64,000 bases of DNA from positions 57,474,001 through 57,538,000 of the forward strand of contig OX597823.1 in the NCBI GenBank assembly GCA_951406725.2, in the 5' to 3' direction. The position numbers were made by a program, and so were the translations under genes. Below, piece by piece: positions 11,202-25,750 of the stretch (positions are counted from its first letter, which is position 1; each line of letters begins with the position of its first letter). Source of the DNA: Octopus vulgaris. Its lineage: Eukaryota. The notes under the pieces are model-generated. The model was not told the DNA's origin. It ran no database searches and saw only the letters and a program-made list of their open reading frames with translations.

Positions 11202-13087
11202 TTATCTGATTACTCATTATTATTTATTATTTATTTTTTGTTTTAAGACAATAAGTTATAATTTAGAGAAGAATTGGTCAATGTCGCTAGCATAGTGGTC
11301 AACTTCATGCATCATATTTGGCCTGTTATGTCACCATGGAGCTGTAGACTCAATCTATCACTCGGCTTAAAATCATTGCAAGAAGTTTGGATGCATTTAG
11401 CGGAATTAACACTGTTCCAAGCATTCAGGCAAGGCTCTTCTTCATTTCACCAGCTCCGGAAAACTAGAAGAAAGGCTATTAAAGTAACCCTTCGTTTCTT
11501 GACTAAAGGGTGAAAACAGGTGGACGGATCATATAAAAACTATTTCTCATAATGTAATCTGATATCGTGAATTGAAATACATGTTATTACTGTCTGGAAG
11601 AGCCATAATTGGCATTAGATAAACATATGCAAACAGGCCATTGGAAAGACTTTCAGACAAATGACCAGTCTACTGCTATCAAATTTGTTCCCTTTAAAAA
11701 AGAAAATGACCTGTTATTATGTAAACTGAATAATATTTTGGATAAGATAATTCTGCAATACAGATAATTCCAATTTCACAGGATGAAATACCTGTTGATA
11801 GAATGCGTTTGTTTAAACGTCTTGTTGGTTATCGATAGCTATTATTAATTATAATACACAAACAACACTCAAATGCTAGAAATAGCAGCAGGAACCCCCT
11901 TATTTCACGACAGTGCGCTTATAATAAGCGTTCGAGAAAATAAAGGATTTTCGGTGTATTTTAATTATTATAACTAAAGTCAAAGCTAAACTGGGCCTAA
12001 ACAACAAAAACTACTAAAACTAAGTCTTCCTCAAATCATACCATGGCGTCTTGAAAGAATAAGTTAAGAAAGGCAGTTTACTCCTTCAGACAATACTTGA
12101 TGCTCAAAGCAATGTGGTCTTTGATCATAAGTCTGCTTGGTCAAGGCTGGCCTGAGATTAAACCGCAACAAATATAAGCACATGCGTTCATTGTGACTAT
12201 TATCAACAACTTTATTATTTAATTATATATTTGTTATTATCACTGTCTACTGTTACACACTTGTGACCTGTTCACTCATATCTAGGGAGAACTTTTAGCG
12301 TACAAATCATAGATCCGTAACGAAACGCTTTCATCATAACAATAAAGTAATTAAATAAGATAAAAAATTAATAACAACTACAACAGTAATAATAATGATA
12401 ATAATAATAATAACAACATTGCGTGTTTTCTTTATTTTGAAAGATCATTCGTCTGAAATACAACAATAAATATAAATTTTACACTCAAGGTTGTTTCCCA
12501 ACCGAATGACTGAAACGAGTAAAGGACAAAAGTTCGGTCCCTCTGTGTGCCAGCTTGGGGGGTAAGTGTCTTCCACTAAAGCTCTTCGTAGATCAAAGCT
12601 TTCTGAGCGTATTCGGTAGACGAAAACTGAAAAAAATCCCGTTATAAACATCACACACACACACACACACATACACACACACGCACACGCACACACACAC
12701 ACAAATAAATGTATATGTACGTATATACATATGTATACACATGTGTATATAATTAAAGCTACAAATATATCATGGGTTGTAAGCTTTAGAATTTATTATT
12801 TTAGTGAAATCTTAAAAGGCGTGAATGTGAAGAATGCAGGGTAATTTGAATTGGGATTCAGTCTACCTCAGACAGTAATTTTAAATCGATTTCACATTAC
12901 CGGGAGGCAATTGAAACTGGTAGGGGATAACTTGAAGTATTTTCATCGATAGTGTTCGAGAATGTTACTAAAGCTGTGGTCACTGTTACCGATCCTCTCT
13001 TTGCACCTGACTCGTGTTGTTGTTGCTTTATAGCCATCATGACCGTTATTGGACACTTGAATGCAGTTAATAGTGGTGGCGCTTTGT

Positions 13088-13495
13088 GAAGGTGCGTGGC
13101 TTAGTGGTTAGGGTATTCGGATCACGATCGTTAGGCCGAGGATGACTTTGCTTTCCATCCTTTTGAGATCGATAAAATAAGTACCAGTTAATCACTGGAG
13201 TCGATGCAATGGACTTACCCCTTCCCACAAAATTGCTGTCCTCGTGCCGAAATTTGAAACCAAGGTTGGTGATGTCAAAGCAGTGAGCTGTTAGAATTTT
13301 TAGCATACTGAGCAAAATTCTTAGCGGCTTTTCGTTGATCTTTACGTTATGAGTTCAATCTCCGCCGAGGTCTACTTTGCCTTTCATACTTTCGGGATGC
13401 ATAAAATACAAATCAGTTGAGCACTGAAATCGATGTAATCGATTATCCCCATGCCCCCAAATTTCAGGCATTGTGCCTATAGTAGAAAGGAATAT
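13088..13495 (+). mobile_element. SINE cluster (head C fused to family D core, then a family D copy)
   Basis: Family D core GTCGACTTTGCCTTTCATCCTTTCG..GTCGATAAAATAAGTACC occurs twice in variant form. Confidence 0.8.
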
Positions 13496-13496
13496 A

Positions 13497-13712
13497 GGTG
13501 ATGTTTCCGTCCACGGTGAGCTCGTCTTGGGACACCTGCGTTACCGTTTGACAGACGTACCGCCCCAGTCAAACTCCCCGACCGACACTGCTCTGTACTA
13601 AGGCCGGCGCCCCCAAAGGCGCTCGACATGCACCGCGCGCTTCGCACCAGATGATGAACCACCGCTCGGCGACGGTCCAATTCCTTCTCCATCGAGAGAG
13701 CGAGAAAACTAC
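13497..13712 (-). pseudogene. 28S rRNA fragment (dispersed rRNA pseudogene)
   Basis: Minus strand CAGTGTCGGTCGGGGAGTTTGACTGGGGCGGTACGTCTGTCAAACGGTAACGCAGGTGTCCCAAGACGAGCTCA matches the highly conserved LSU segment GGGGAGTTTGACTGGGGCGGTACA-CTGTCAAACGGTAACGCAGGTGTCC. It is a GC-rich island of about 215 bp with no other rDNA nearby. Confidence 0.9.
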
Positions 13713-13858
13713 GGCAAAGCTGACGTAGGCGGCTATTTGGACTCAGAATGTAAAGACGGACGAAATGTTTCTAAATATTTTGGCCGGTCAAAATATTTAG
13801 AAACATTTCGTTCGTCTTTACATTCTGAGTCCAAATAGCCGCCTAGGTCAGCTTTGCC
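13713..13858. repeat. 146-bp spacer-less palindrome of family D SINE sequence
   Basis: Centre CCGG at 13784-13787. The arms differ at 3 positions. Confidence 0.95.
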
Positions 13859-13859
13859 T

Positions 13860-14200
13860 TTCGTCCTTTCGAGATCGATAAAATAAGAATCAGTTAAACA
13901 CTGGAGTCCATGCAATCGATTTATCCCCTCCCGCCAAGATTGCCGACCTTCTGCCAAAATTTCAAACTGATATTGGGGATGCTCAAAGCAGCGAGCTAGC
14001 TGAAATGTTAGCACGCCGCCGGGAAAAATGCTTAGCGGCATTTCGTCCGTATTTACATTTTGAGTTCAAATTTCACCATGGTCTACTGCACCTTTTATGG
14101 CTTTCACTGTCGATAAAATAGGAATCATTTGAGTCTGGGGTCAGTACAATCCACTTAACTTCGCTCTCGAAACTGTTGGCCTTGAGCCAGAATTTGAAGG
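13860..14200 (+). mobile_element. Family D SINE copies
   Basis: GCGAGCTAGCTGAAATGTTAGCACGCCG head and TGAGTTCAAAT B-box-like motif, followed by the family D core. Confidence 0.75.
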
Positions 14201-14475
14201 TAATATTCGTGATGTTTCAGCAGGTTGTTAGTGTTGCGTCCAATATTGCTATTCCGTTTTAACTGTGTCTGCGAGAACTTTGATGGTGATTATGTTGGTG
14301 TCTATTGGAGCGGGAAAGTCTTCGCTTGTGAAAGTGATGAAGGAGAGGCTCTGGGTGCGCAAATTCCTCTCACTTTCCAATGTAACAAACTCCTAAAAGG
14401 GAAAACAAACAATATTTATTCTCAAACATACAGATCAATGTAAATCACGTCTGAAAAAAGCCAAACAACCAATGA

Positions 14476-14524
14476 AGACGATGATGATGATGATGATGAG
14501 AAGTGGATGATGACGATGACGACA

Positions 14525-14598
<74 letters not shown>

Positions 14599-14775
14599 TT
14601 ATTATTATTGTTATTTGTATTTTTATTATTATTATTATTATTGTTATTATTTTTATCATTATAAATACAAAAATACGAAAACCAAATATACCATAACAAA
14701 ATATTTCTTCACTTCACTAAATAATAACAACAACAATAACAACAACAACAACAACAATAATAATAATAATGATAA
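14476..14775. repeat. Compound (GAT)n/(AAT)n/(ATT)n/(AAC)n microsatellite
   Basis: Directly visible. Confidence 0.95.
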
Positions 14776-15103
14776 ATAGATAAATAAATAATGGAAGAAT
14801 GACAAAATCCAATAAAAGAACAAGTAAGTGAAGTAAAAACAAAATAAACAATCAATGAAACCAAAAAAAAAAATAAAGGGAAAAACGAAACTGGTCTTAT
14901 TATTGTAAAAAAAAAACAAACAGAGAAAGAATTAGTATAAAACCATAGAATACAAACAGTTTGGCTACGTCGGTGTGACTGTTGTCCACTAAAGTCTAGA
15001 CTTCTTTATTGTTTAACATCTAATAGAGGCACGGAAATACATTTTAGAGAAAAGATCTTCTCACGAATATTTGTTGCAGTTTTTGTTATTTTTAATGTTT
15101 GGA

Positions 15104-15372
<269 letters not shown>

Positions 15373-15710
15373 GGTGTTTTGTTTGTATGATATATTTGTT
15401 ATTTGTTTCTGTCGGTTGGTTGTTAGATTTTTTTTAGTGTTATTTGTTTCGGCGATTTTCCTCTTTTCTTGGTGATAATCGCTGTTGCCTTTTTCATCAT
15501 CATCATCGGCCGTCGTCATCATCTTCGGGAACTGCATACTTCTCCTTCTTCCCCTCCTCTACTCCACCCCTCTTCCTACTAGTCATCGTCGTTATGGGCG
15601 TCGGCGATGTTTATTGTCATCGTTTCAGATATTTTCGCAATTACCAATAATGTTTTCTTTATTAACCACGAAGGGTTCACAAAAAGATCGATAACGGTAT
15701 ACAAAACGTG

Positions 15711-16690
15711 CGAGTGGCTCTGTGGTAAGTAGCTTGCTTACCAACCACATGGTTCCGGGTTCAGTCCAACTGGGTGGCACCCTGGGCAGATGTCTTCTCC
15801 TATAGCCTCAGGCCGATTAAAGCCTTGTGAGTGGATTTGGTAGACAGAAACTGAAAGAAGCCCGTCGTATATATGTATATATATTCGTGTGCGTGTGTGT
15901 ATGTTTGTGTGTCTGTGTGTGTCCCACCAGCATCGCTTGACGACCGATGCTGGTGTGTTTACGTCCCCGTAACTTACCGGTTCGGTAAAAGAGACCGATA
16001 AAGTAAGTACTACGCTTACAAAGAATAAGTCCTGGGGTCGATTTACTCGACTAAAAGCGGTACTCTAGCCTCGGGCCGACCAAAGTCTTACCAGTGGAAT
16101 TGGTAGACGGAAACTAAAAGAAGGCCGTCATACATATATATATATATGTGTGTGTGTGTGTGTAAATGTATGTAATTATGTATGTATGAATGTATGTATG
16201 TATATATGTATATGAGTGTATGTTTGTATAAGTGTGTGTACTTATCTGTATGTATGTGTCTTTGTGTCTGTTTGTTCACCCATCACCGCTTTATAACCGG
16301 TGTTAGTATGTTTACGTCCCCGTAATCTAACAGTTTTGCAAAACGACCAATGATTTGCAAATAACGTGCACATACAAGTGCTACCAGTCGAGAGCTCCGC
16401 ATACCGGAAGCCAGCAAGTGTATGGGGGTCATCAGAAGAGAATGCGCGTCATTTTGGGGCCTACCTCTCGACGGTGTCAATGCACATTGGCCCCCACCAC
16501 ACTGATATGAGGCCCCGCTTGCTAGATCAGCTGGTTATCAAATAAAGTTCAATATTCTCCTAGCCATCGCTCATCGTCTCTTTTTAACCAAATAAGTTCT
16601 GGGGTCGATTTATTCAACTAAAAGCCATTTGAGATAGTGTTCCAGCATGACCGCAGTCAAGTGATTGAAACAAGTAAAAGAATAAAGAAT
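15711..16690 (+). mobile_element. Two tandem family A SINEs, the second interrupted by a roughly 230-bp foreign insert
   Basis: Head GAGTGGCTCTGTGGTAAG at about 15712. The second copy restarts at about 16066 and is broken at about 16355-16590. Confidence 0.85.
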
Positions 16691-16755
16691 AAATGAATTA
16701 ATAAAAAATATCTTAGGAGTATTAATTATGAACCCGTTCTCCCTAAAACTGGACC

Positions 16756-17079
16756 GTGAGGGCGCGTGGCTTAGTGGTTAGGGAATTCGGCTCGTGATCG
16801 TAAGGTTGTGAGTTCGATTCCCGGCGACGCGTTGTGTCCTTGAGCAAGACACTTTATTTCACGTTGCTCCAGTCCACTCAGCTGGCAAAAATGAGTTGTA
16901 CTTGTATTTCAAAGGGTCAGCCTTGTCACTCTCTGTGTCACGCTGATTATCCCCGAGAACTACGTTAAGGGTACACGTGTCTGTGGAATGCTCAACCATT
17001 TGCACGTTAATTTCACGAGCAAGCTGTTCCGTTGATCGTATCAGCTGGGACCCTCGTCGTCGTAACCGGCGGAGTCTTT
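16756..17079 (+). mobile_element. tRNA-derived SINE, head C + tail P, full length
   Basis: A box TGGCTTAGTGG, B box GTTCGATTCCC, GTGTCCTTGAGCAAGACACT core. 12-bp TSD TAAAACTGGACC at 16744-16755 and 17080-17091. Confidence 0.92.
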
Positions 17080-17427
17080 TAAAACTGGACCTTTCTTGAA
17101 GCGTTAGAAGCTACCGCATTTCTCAGCATTTGAATTCCTCTTACTTTCCCAGTTCTATTTTTCTTTTCTTCCTACACACACCATCAATTATTCGTACTGG
17201 AGTTGCTATCTTTTATTCTTTCTTATCGCGATAGTTTTTCAATTTATTTCAGATATATATTGTCGTTCGTTGGAATTGATAGGCCGATTAGGAGGCATTT
17301 TTTTTCTCCTTGATAGACATTGATAATAATGTCTGCACGATTACTATAATCTCTCTGTTAACTGACATTCTCATCGTATGCTAACCTTCTCAATCTTCGA
17401 AAACTCGTGTGACGAATTGTTAAATAA

Positions 17428-17473
<46 letters not shown>

Positions 17474-17499
17474 GGTGTGTGTGTATGTGTGTGTGTGTG

Positions 17500-18360
17500 T
17501 AGATACGAATCACGATAGTAATGAGTGTGTGTATCATGATAGTAATGAGTTCCTGAAAAAGTTACCGTAATGCGAAATTCTGTAATACGAATTTGATTTG
17601 ATTTCCATATTATAAAGTGATAATACATTCCTACCGACTGATTTGGTAGGAAAGCCCAAGACAAAAGAAAACAACAAAAAAACACCCCCCAAAAAAACAA
17701 GGAACAGCCATCACTCCTGAGTATGAAAATTACATTTCATAAACATACACCGTACAATATGTACAAATACAAAATTTTCGTAGCGAAATGCGTCACTGAA
17801 TAAATACGAATCGCAATATAACAGCGATTTTGCCACAAAAACGTTTCAAGCCATCCATTTATAGTGAGAAGATGTTTTTTATTAGAAGTTCCACCTGCTT
17901 TATTTTCTGCAATTGTCACAGAAACAATTTTTTTTTGCCCTCTTCAAGCTTAGCCAAGCTCATGGACCCGGTTTCCCGGTTTCTGTGGCGTATGTGTTGC
18001 CCAGCTGGACGGGACGCCAGTCCATCGCTGCGTTACTCATTTTGCCAGCTGGGTGTACTGGAGCAACGTGAAATGAAGTGTTTTGCTCAAGAACACAACA
18101 CGTCGACTGATCTAGGAATCGAAACCACAATCTTACGATCATGATGCTGACACCCTAACCACTAGGCCACGCGCCTCCACACAGAAACTACTGGCTTTTC
18201 AAAATTATCATGGTGCTTAGCAGCACAAAGGATCGAGTCTGAAATTGTAACCCACCCAAGAGCCTTCAATTTTAATGATGAACATTTGATCTAAGAAAAC
18301 ATAAGGTCAGAATAGTTAACAGAATAGCTTCTTGAGGATTTGATTAAAGTTTCTTCCTAC
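17500..18360 (-). mobile_element. Tigger/pogo deletion derivative with nested SINE
   Basis: 17870-17925 plus 18181-18360 is a diverged copy of 19690-19917 (KAGGTSN.KH...NGW). A head C + tail Q SINE is inserted at 17926-18180 with TSD CACAGAAAC. Confidence 0.7.
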
Positions 18361-18984
18361 TGACGCGGTGGGACCAGTTTGTTAGAGGTGCTGGTAGTAA
18401 GAGAATAGTGACTGAAGTGATGAGTGACATTATCTTATAGTTCATTATCATCAACTTGTAGAGTGAAGAGCTTATTTGAGTTTGTTTCGTGTTTATGGCG
18501 CATCATCACTTTGTACGGGTCATTCTAAAGACTCAGCTAATTGTAAAATTGTGGCAAAAGGTCAACAATTTTGGGGGTGAGCTTAAGTCGATTACAACGA
18601 CTCCAGTTCTCATCACGTACTTATTTTATCGACCCCGAATGGATGAAAGGCAAAATCGACCTCGACGCAGTTTGCACTCAGAACCGAGACGGACGAGATA
18701 CCGCTAAGCAATATGTCCGGCATGCTAACAATTCTGCTAACTCGCTGCCTTAACTCTTCTTCTAATATTGGCTTCAAATTTTGGCACAAGGCCAGCAAGT
18801 TCGGAGGAGAGGGTACTTACTTTATCAACCTCGAAGGGATGAAAGGCAAAGTCGACCGACCTCGGTGGCATTTGAGCTTAGAATGTGCAGACAGATAAAA
18901 TGCTGCTAAACATGTTGCTCGGCGTGCTATTGATTCTGCCTGCTCACCGCCTTCTCTTCTTCTTAAATTGATATTACGCTTACG

Positions 18985-20090
18985 ATCATGGCTGTTGTTG
19001 TCAGCAAAATCTTACAAACTTTCCTCTATGAATGCCAAATTTTTGCAATATTATTCGCATTCTGTATTCTCATCTGAATACTCAGATGTTTCTTGTTCTA
19101 AAAGCACCAGCTCCTCGTTAGATAAACTTTCTCTATCAGACATCACTAAGTCAACCATATCATCAAGTACTACATCATTTCCACCACAATGTCTTTCATA
19201 TTTCATGTAGATTTTCTGATTGTATAAAACTTGTAAAGTAACGGGTAAAGCTTAGTAACATATATTTTTTCTAAGCCCTACTGAATGCATTGCCAACGGT
19301 GGAACAAAAGTTATGCTTGCTTTTAGTCTCTTAGTAATCAATGCCTACTTATTTGAACGCAACCGTTGAAATCTCTAAAAACTTTAATCTCTAACAACTT
19401 TTGAAACTTCAAAACCTTGGTGATAATTTTTCTTCGCGAGAAATAAATGATCCAGCAGGCATGAGCCTTCAATAAATAAATAAATAAATAAATATACAAA
19501 ACTGCAGTTTCATCAACATCGTATTCTTGCACTAGTGTTTAGTCCACTTTAGCAATGATTGATTACAGCTCCTTGAGGTAATAAGTAACAGTCTTTATAT
19601 CAGTACTGGCAGCTTCACCACATACTTTGATTGTGTGTAAATTCAAGTGTTTCTTTCAAGTCTTTCAAATCAGTCATTACTAGCCGGAGAATGTTTCTCA
19701 TTAGAAGTTCCACCTGCCTTTTTTCTAAAAATTATCACAGAAATTACTGGCTTTTTAAAATTATCATGGTGCTTATCAGCACAATGCGTTGAGTTTGAAC
19801 TTCTAACCCGTCCAAGAGCCGTTCCATTTTAATGATGAACATTTGATCTAAGAAAACATAAGGTCAGAACAGTTAACAGAATAACTTCTTGAGTATTTGA
19901 CTAAATTTTCTTCCTATTGTCTCGTATTGTTCATACTGTAGACTTCGCAAGCTTTAATATTTAAGCAATATAGCTGACTTTTTTTCTCCTGCATCAAGTT
20001 TGATATTCAGTGTTATCTTTTTACTGTTATTTTTCTCACTCCTGCCTTCAGTACCTCTTCAGATAGCTTCTTTCTAGACATCTTGAATTG
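18985..20090 (-). pseudogene. Tigger/pogo (CENP-B-like) transposase pseudogene
   Basis: Frameshifted minus-strand peptides: KKITLNIKLD, MERLLD...QTQRIVLISTMII, GEAASTD, YDVDETAVLY (first catalytic Asp motif N.DETG), and the acidic C-terminus DDMVDLVMSDRESLSNEELVLLE. Confidence 0.8.
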
Positions 20091-20861
20091 TAAAAAAAAT
20101 CTATCAGCGGCAATAAAAAAAAAAAAAAATTGTCCACAACAAATATGTAAGTTAAAAAATAGTACCAGGAAACAATTATTTTGTGAGAACAAAATATGTT
20201 ATCTTTTTCTATGGTTATAAAAACAGAAATTAGTAGACATAAAGATGAAAGAGTGAGGTGGGTGGAATTAGTGTATGATTACGTATTACGGCTTGTTGAA
20301 AGGTGACCAGGTCGTTTGCACTTCGATCACCTCTAGCTTGAACCATTATAATTCCACGCTATACTTAAATACAGATACACACTCTCATTCACACTCTCAC
20401 ACACGCCATTGTGTTAACTTACATCATAAGTAGCTACAGGCATTACGTTCATGCTGATACAACTATTACTGTTGTCAGTTGGTTATTCCAAAAGTGGTGG
20501 AATGGTAGTGGTGGTCTTCCATGCATTCCTTTCGGTGTTATTGATGGTGGGTGGTATTGTTGGTGGCGGCCGAGGTCATATTGCTCTTGTGAATTATATT
20601 GCCGTTGCTGTTCAGCCTCAAGCCAATACTCATTGACCCTTAAAACAATAACTAATATTAAAATTTTTATGTCAATCGAGTCAGTCACTTGCTATTCTGG
20701 AGTTTCACCAGCGTGCATGAAGGTAATCTAGCAAGTCATAGTTCGTCTGATGACCATGTAAATGCATATCTAGAGACTCCAGAGTAGACTTCACCAAAAT
20801 AAAAAAATATATATGCAAATACTACACATACACACACACATGTATATACACATATTATGCA

Positions 20862-21860
<999 letters not shown>

Positions 21861-21861
21861 T

Positions 21862-23885
21862 GAAGGCCGTCCACTCGTGACCGAGGAAGGTCATTGCTGA
21901 CCTTTAGGAACATTATGCGCTCTAGGATTAACTTATATTTTGTATTTGCGGGTCCGTTGGTAGCTAATGAGCCCTGCACTTTACAAGTATACATGACTGC
22001 AAACACTGCAAATCAAGCTTTCCCCATTCACTACACTAGCAGTGCGCTTTCGAGAGTCACGCTTAATCCTTCATGCAGAATACATACTCTCTGAAAAGTG
22101 TCGACCCCTTTCTTAACCTGCTTCCTTCATCTGTGGCAATGACAAGCATTGCTCTTCCAGTAGGTTTCCTGCATATCACAGACATTTAATGAGGACTTGA
22201 CACTGTCCTTAAATCGCAGCCTTGGTTTCTGTCAGGGTTTCTTTCCATTAAGAAGTTCCTAATATAGCATCTATTTAAAGAACCTGGTATTGTTCATTCT
22301 AGTAAGGTGTCCAGTCCAACGTAACCGATGCATGTGCACCATCACCTCAATACTTAAGATATCAGCTTTCTTCAAGACCTGTGTATCTGGAGTTTTTAAG
22401 GTCCAGCCAACATTCAGAATGTGTCTCAGACATCTCTAATGCACGTATGCAAAGGGTCCATGTCTTACATGAGCAAAAGAGCGATGTCAGTTCATATACA
22501 CGGTACGCAGCACTTTTTTTTTACCTTGTGATGTCATGCTGGGACTAGACACGAAACTGAAGAGACCGGAACGAATCAGATGCTCCCTGTATCCTGAAAG
22601 ATATTTTATCATCGAGGGAGCAACAACAGCTGGGTGTGCTTGTAATGTTCCAACCTGCATTAGGAAATCCATGTGTGGAACCAACTATCTTGGTGCAAGG
22701 AACAATACTAAAAGTGGTAGACAAGTTTGTCTACCACTTCCAGTATTGTTCCTTCAACCAAGCTAGTTGGTTCCACATATGGATTTCCTAGTACAGGCTG
22801 GAACATTACAACAGTCTTGTCCAGGCTAATGCTGAGTCCAAATGCATTGCAAGAAGCAGAAATACGATTCATAAGTATTTGCAAGTCATTCACTGCATGA
22901 GTGACTAAGTAACAGTCATAAGGGAGGTCACAAATAAGAGACTGAAAATCTTTTGAGCTGGAAGCAAATCGGCGCGGATTAAAAAGGAGGCCAGAAGTTC
23001 GATACCTGACACATATTCCCAGAGAGCGAACCTTAGCAAAAGCATGAGTAAAAGCAGCAGCAAAGCACAAAGAAAAGAGAGTTGGGGCAAGTATGTAACC
23101 CTGCTTGGCACCATTCTCTACAGCAATGTATCCTGCTATGTCACCACCAGCATTGATTCAAACCTCCATCCCATCAATGAACTGATTTAATTATAGATAC
23201 AAAGTGATCCGGACATCCAAGTATGCCAAATATTTTCCATAGCAAGGCCCTATTCACAGTATCAAAGGCCTTGGTTAAATCAATGAATACCAGGACAAAA
23301 TCCATATACTGCTCATATTGCTTCTCCTGCCTCTGCCTTGCTGTGAACATCATATCCATTGTCCCTTTGCCAGATCGTAAAACACATTGAAATTCAGATG
23401 GGACATCATTTACAAGACACCCATTCAACCAGGTAAGAAGAATATTTGCCAGAAACTTGTCAGCAGCTCATAATAGAGCAATGCCTCTGTAGCTACCACA
23501 TATTTACTTTTTTATTGCCTACAGGGGACTAGGCATAGAAGGGACAAACAAGGACAGACAAAGGGATTAATTCGATTACAACGATCCCAGTGCGTAACTG
23601 GTACTTATTTAATAGACCTCGAAAGGATGAAAGGCAAAGTCGACTGCGGCAGAATTTGAACTCAGAACGTAGCAGATGAAATACCGATAAGCACTTCTCT
23701 CGGCATGCTCACGATTTCGCCATCTCATTTTTCTATCTCCTTTCCCTTTATAAAGAAGAATAATTGCATCCTTCCAGTCCTTAGGCATTGCACCACCCCT
23801 CCAGACTACACTAATAAGTTCATGAAGGGACTGTATGATGTTATCACCACCAGCTCGCAAGACCTCACCACAAATTCCATTCCTT
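21862..23885 (-). mobile_element. RTE-clade LINE, 5'-truncated reverse-transcriptase pseudogene
   Basis: [18 protein letters not shown]; TMDMMFTARQRQEKQYEQ..FIDLTKAFDTVNRALLWKIF..GCPDHFVSIIKSVHDG; FGLSISLDKTVVM; LLNGRKP..KPRLRFKD. Multiple stops and frameshifts. A family D SINE is inserted at about 23505-23725. Confidence 0.9.
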
Positions 23886-23951
23886 CCATATATACGTATA
23901 TACATATATACATGCATATATATGTGTGAGTGTCTGTGTATACATACATAC

Positions 23952-23984
<33 letters not shown>

Positions 23985-24009
23985 TGTATGTATGTATATA
24001 TACATATAT

Positions 24010-24080
<71 letters not shown>

Positions 24081-24774
24081 GCCCTTTAGCCAACACTAAT
24101 CAAGTTAATATGAATTTGGATTTGGAAGTAGGTAAAATTCCCTGTCCCATTATAGTAAAGTTAGCTTCTCGAATCATGCTGATTCACAAAGGCCGGTTTC
24201 TCGGTTTCCATTGCGTATGTATTTCCCACCTGGATGGGACGCCGGTCCATCACAGGGTTACTCATTTTTACCAGCCGTGTGGACTGGAGCCACATGAAAT
24301 GAAGTATTTTTCTTAAGAACAGAAGTCGTCGCTCGGCCCACGAATCGAAGCCGCCATCTTACGATAATATGTCCGACACACTAACCACTAAGTCATGCGC
24401 TTCCACCAGTCCGTCTCATCATTGGCAACATGGCAAATCCCCTGCTGTAGGTACCTATAGAGAATTTTGTGGACAATGTTTTGTCATAGGAGGAAGGACA
24501 GTCCAAAGACTGTAAAGATTGAAAAGGTGGGTTATAAATTTCCATATTTAATAGGATTACATCAGTTTTGAACTTTTTAAGTATGTTTAACAACATATCG
24601 TGGGAAGAAATTATATAATGGATTAAATTCTACGGAGGAGGAGGAAGTTTTATTAATGATGGGGGATGCGGGACCTGGTATTTGTGTTCTTTAAAATCAT
24701 TGATCTAACTAGTAGTTGGAAGAAAGATTTATTTAACGGTGATCCTTATCCGCCTTATCACAGAATAACTCATA

Positions 24775-25235
24775 GGCGCCGGTGTGGCTGTATGGTAAGG
24801 AGTTTGTTTCCCAACCACATGATTTCGGGTTTAGTCTTACAGAGTGGCACCTTGGGTAAGTGTCTTGTACTATAGCCTTGTGTGTGGATTTGGCAGTCAG
24901 AAAATGAAAGAAGCCTGTCATTTACATAAATATGTATGTTGTGTGTGTATGTGTGTGGTGTATGTGTGTGTGTGCGCATGCGTGTGCGTGTGTGCGTGCA
25001 TATGTGTTAATGTGTGTGAGTGTTTGTCAGTTTCGCTCTCGCCACTGTTTGACTGTTTGCCAACAGGTTTTGATGTGTTTACGTCCACATGACTTAGCGG
25101 TTCGACAAGAGACCGATCGAATAAGTACCAGGCTTAAAAGAATTTCAGTATTAGGGTCGACACATTGAACTAAAAACGCTTGAGGTGCTGCACTAGGATG
25201 GCTGCAGTCTGATGACTGAAATGAATAAAAGGTAT
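24775..25235 (+). mobile_element. Family A SINE, diverged
   Basis: GTGGCTGTATGGTAAG head, CACCTTGGGTAAGTGTCTT core, GACTGAAAT tail. Confidence 0.8.
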
Positions 25236-25329
25236 AAGATAGAAGATCAGAAAAATTCCATCGAACCTACACCCGTTTAAATCAAGACCAGCACTCAACG
25301 AAAGAAGGCCTCACGATTCGTTCAAATGT

Positions 25330-25750
25330 AAGGTTTCATTGTCACTGAGTATCTCTCCTGGTGAAAGTATATCTATAATATACGTAGGGTGGCAGCCTGA
25401 AGGATGGATCTTATTCTCAGAGCTAGATAACACTTCAGACACCTCGACTTGTGTTAAATTCACAGTGAAGTGTTAAATTCACAATGGAGAATTACGCCTA
25501 CGTCTGGAACAGTTCTGCAGTTTCAAACACAAGAAGTTTTGACCGCATCTAGAGAAAGGCCACACAACTCATTTACACACGTTCAAGCCTTTCGGCCATA
25601 GGCAAATGTCTTCTCCGTCTGTCTTTTCCACCAGTGCTATATGTGTGCTGTAGTGGCTTCAGTTCCTCAGATTCGAGGCCTTTTCCTTTTCTATTCATGC
25701 ACTTCCAACCCACTTCATTTTCCATCTCATATCACCCGTTTACAGGTTTG
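25330..25750 (+). mobile_element. CR1/Jockey-group LINE 3' remnant
   Basis: TMENYAYVWNSSAVSNTRSFDRI*RKATQLI..SVCLFHQ resembles the post-RT region MEY...W...LDRIQRKA.RLI. Confidence 0.5.

Noticed and set aside
13497-13712. Functional rRNA gene or rDNA unit
   Set aside because: Only about 215 bp, with no adjoining 28S, 5.8S or 18S sequence. The ORF 13477-13692 is incidental.
16756-16825. tRNA-like sequences (also 4751-4825 and 38573-38635)
   Set aside because: They are SINE heads that continue into core and tail modules, some with TSDs. I did not see a complete cloverleaf.
20449-20731. Overlapping ORFs and a possible exon
   Set aside because: Low-complexity GGT/CAA-derived sequence open on both strands, with weak splice signals and no recognisable domain.
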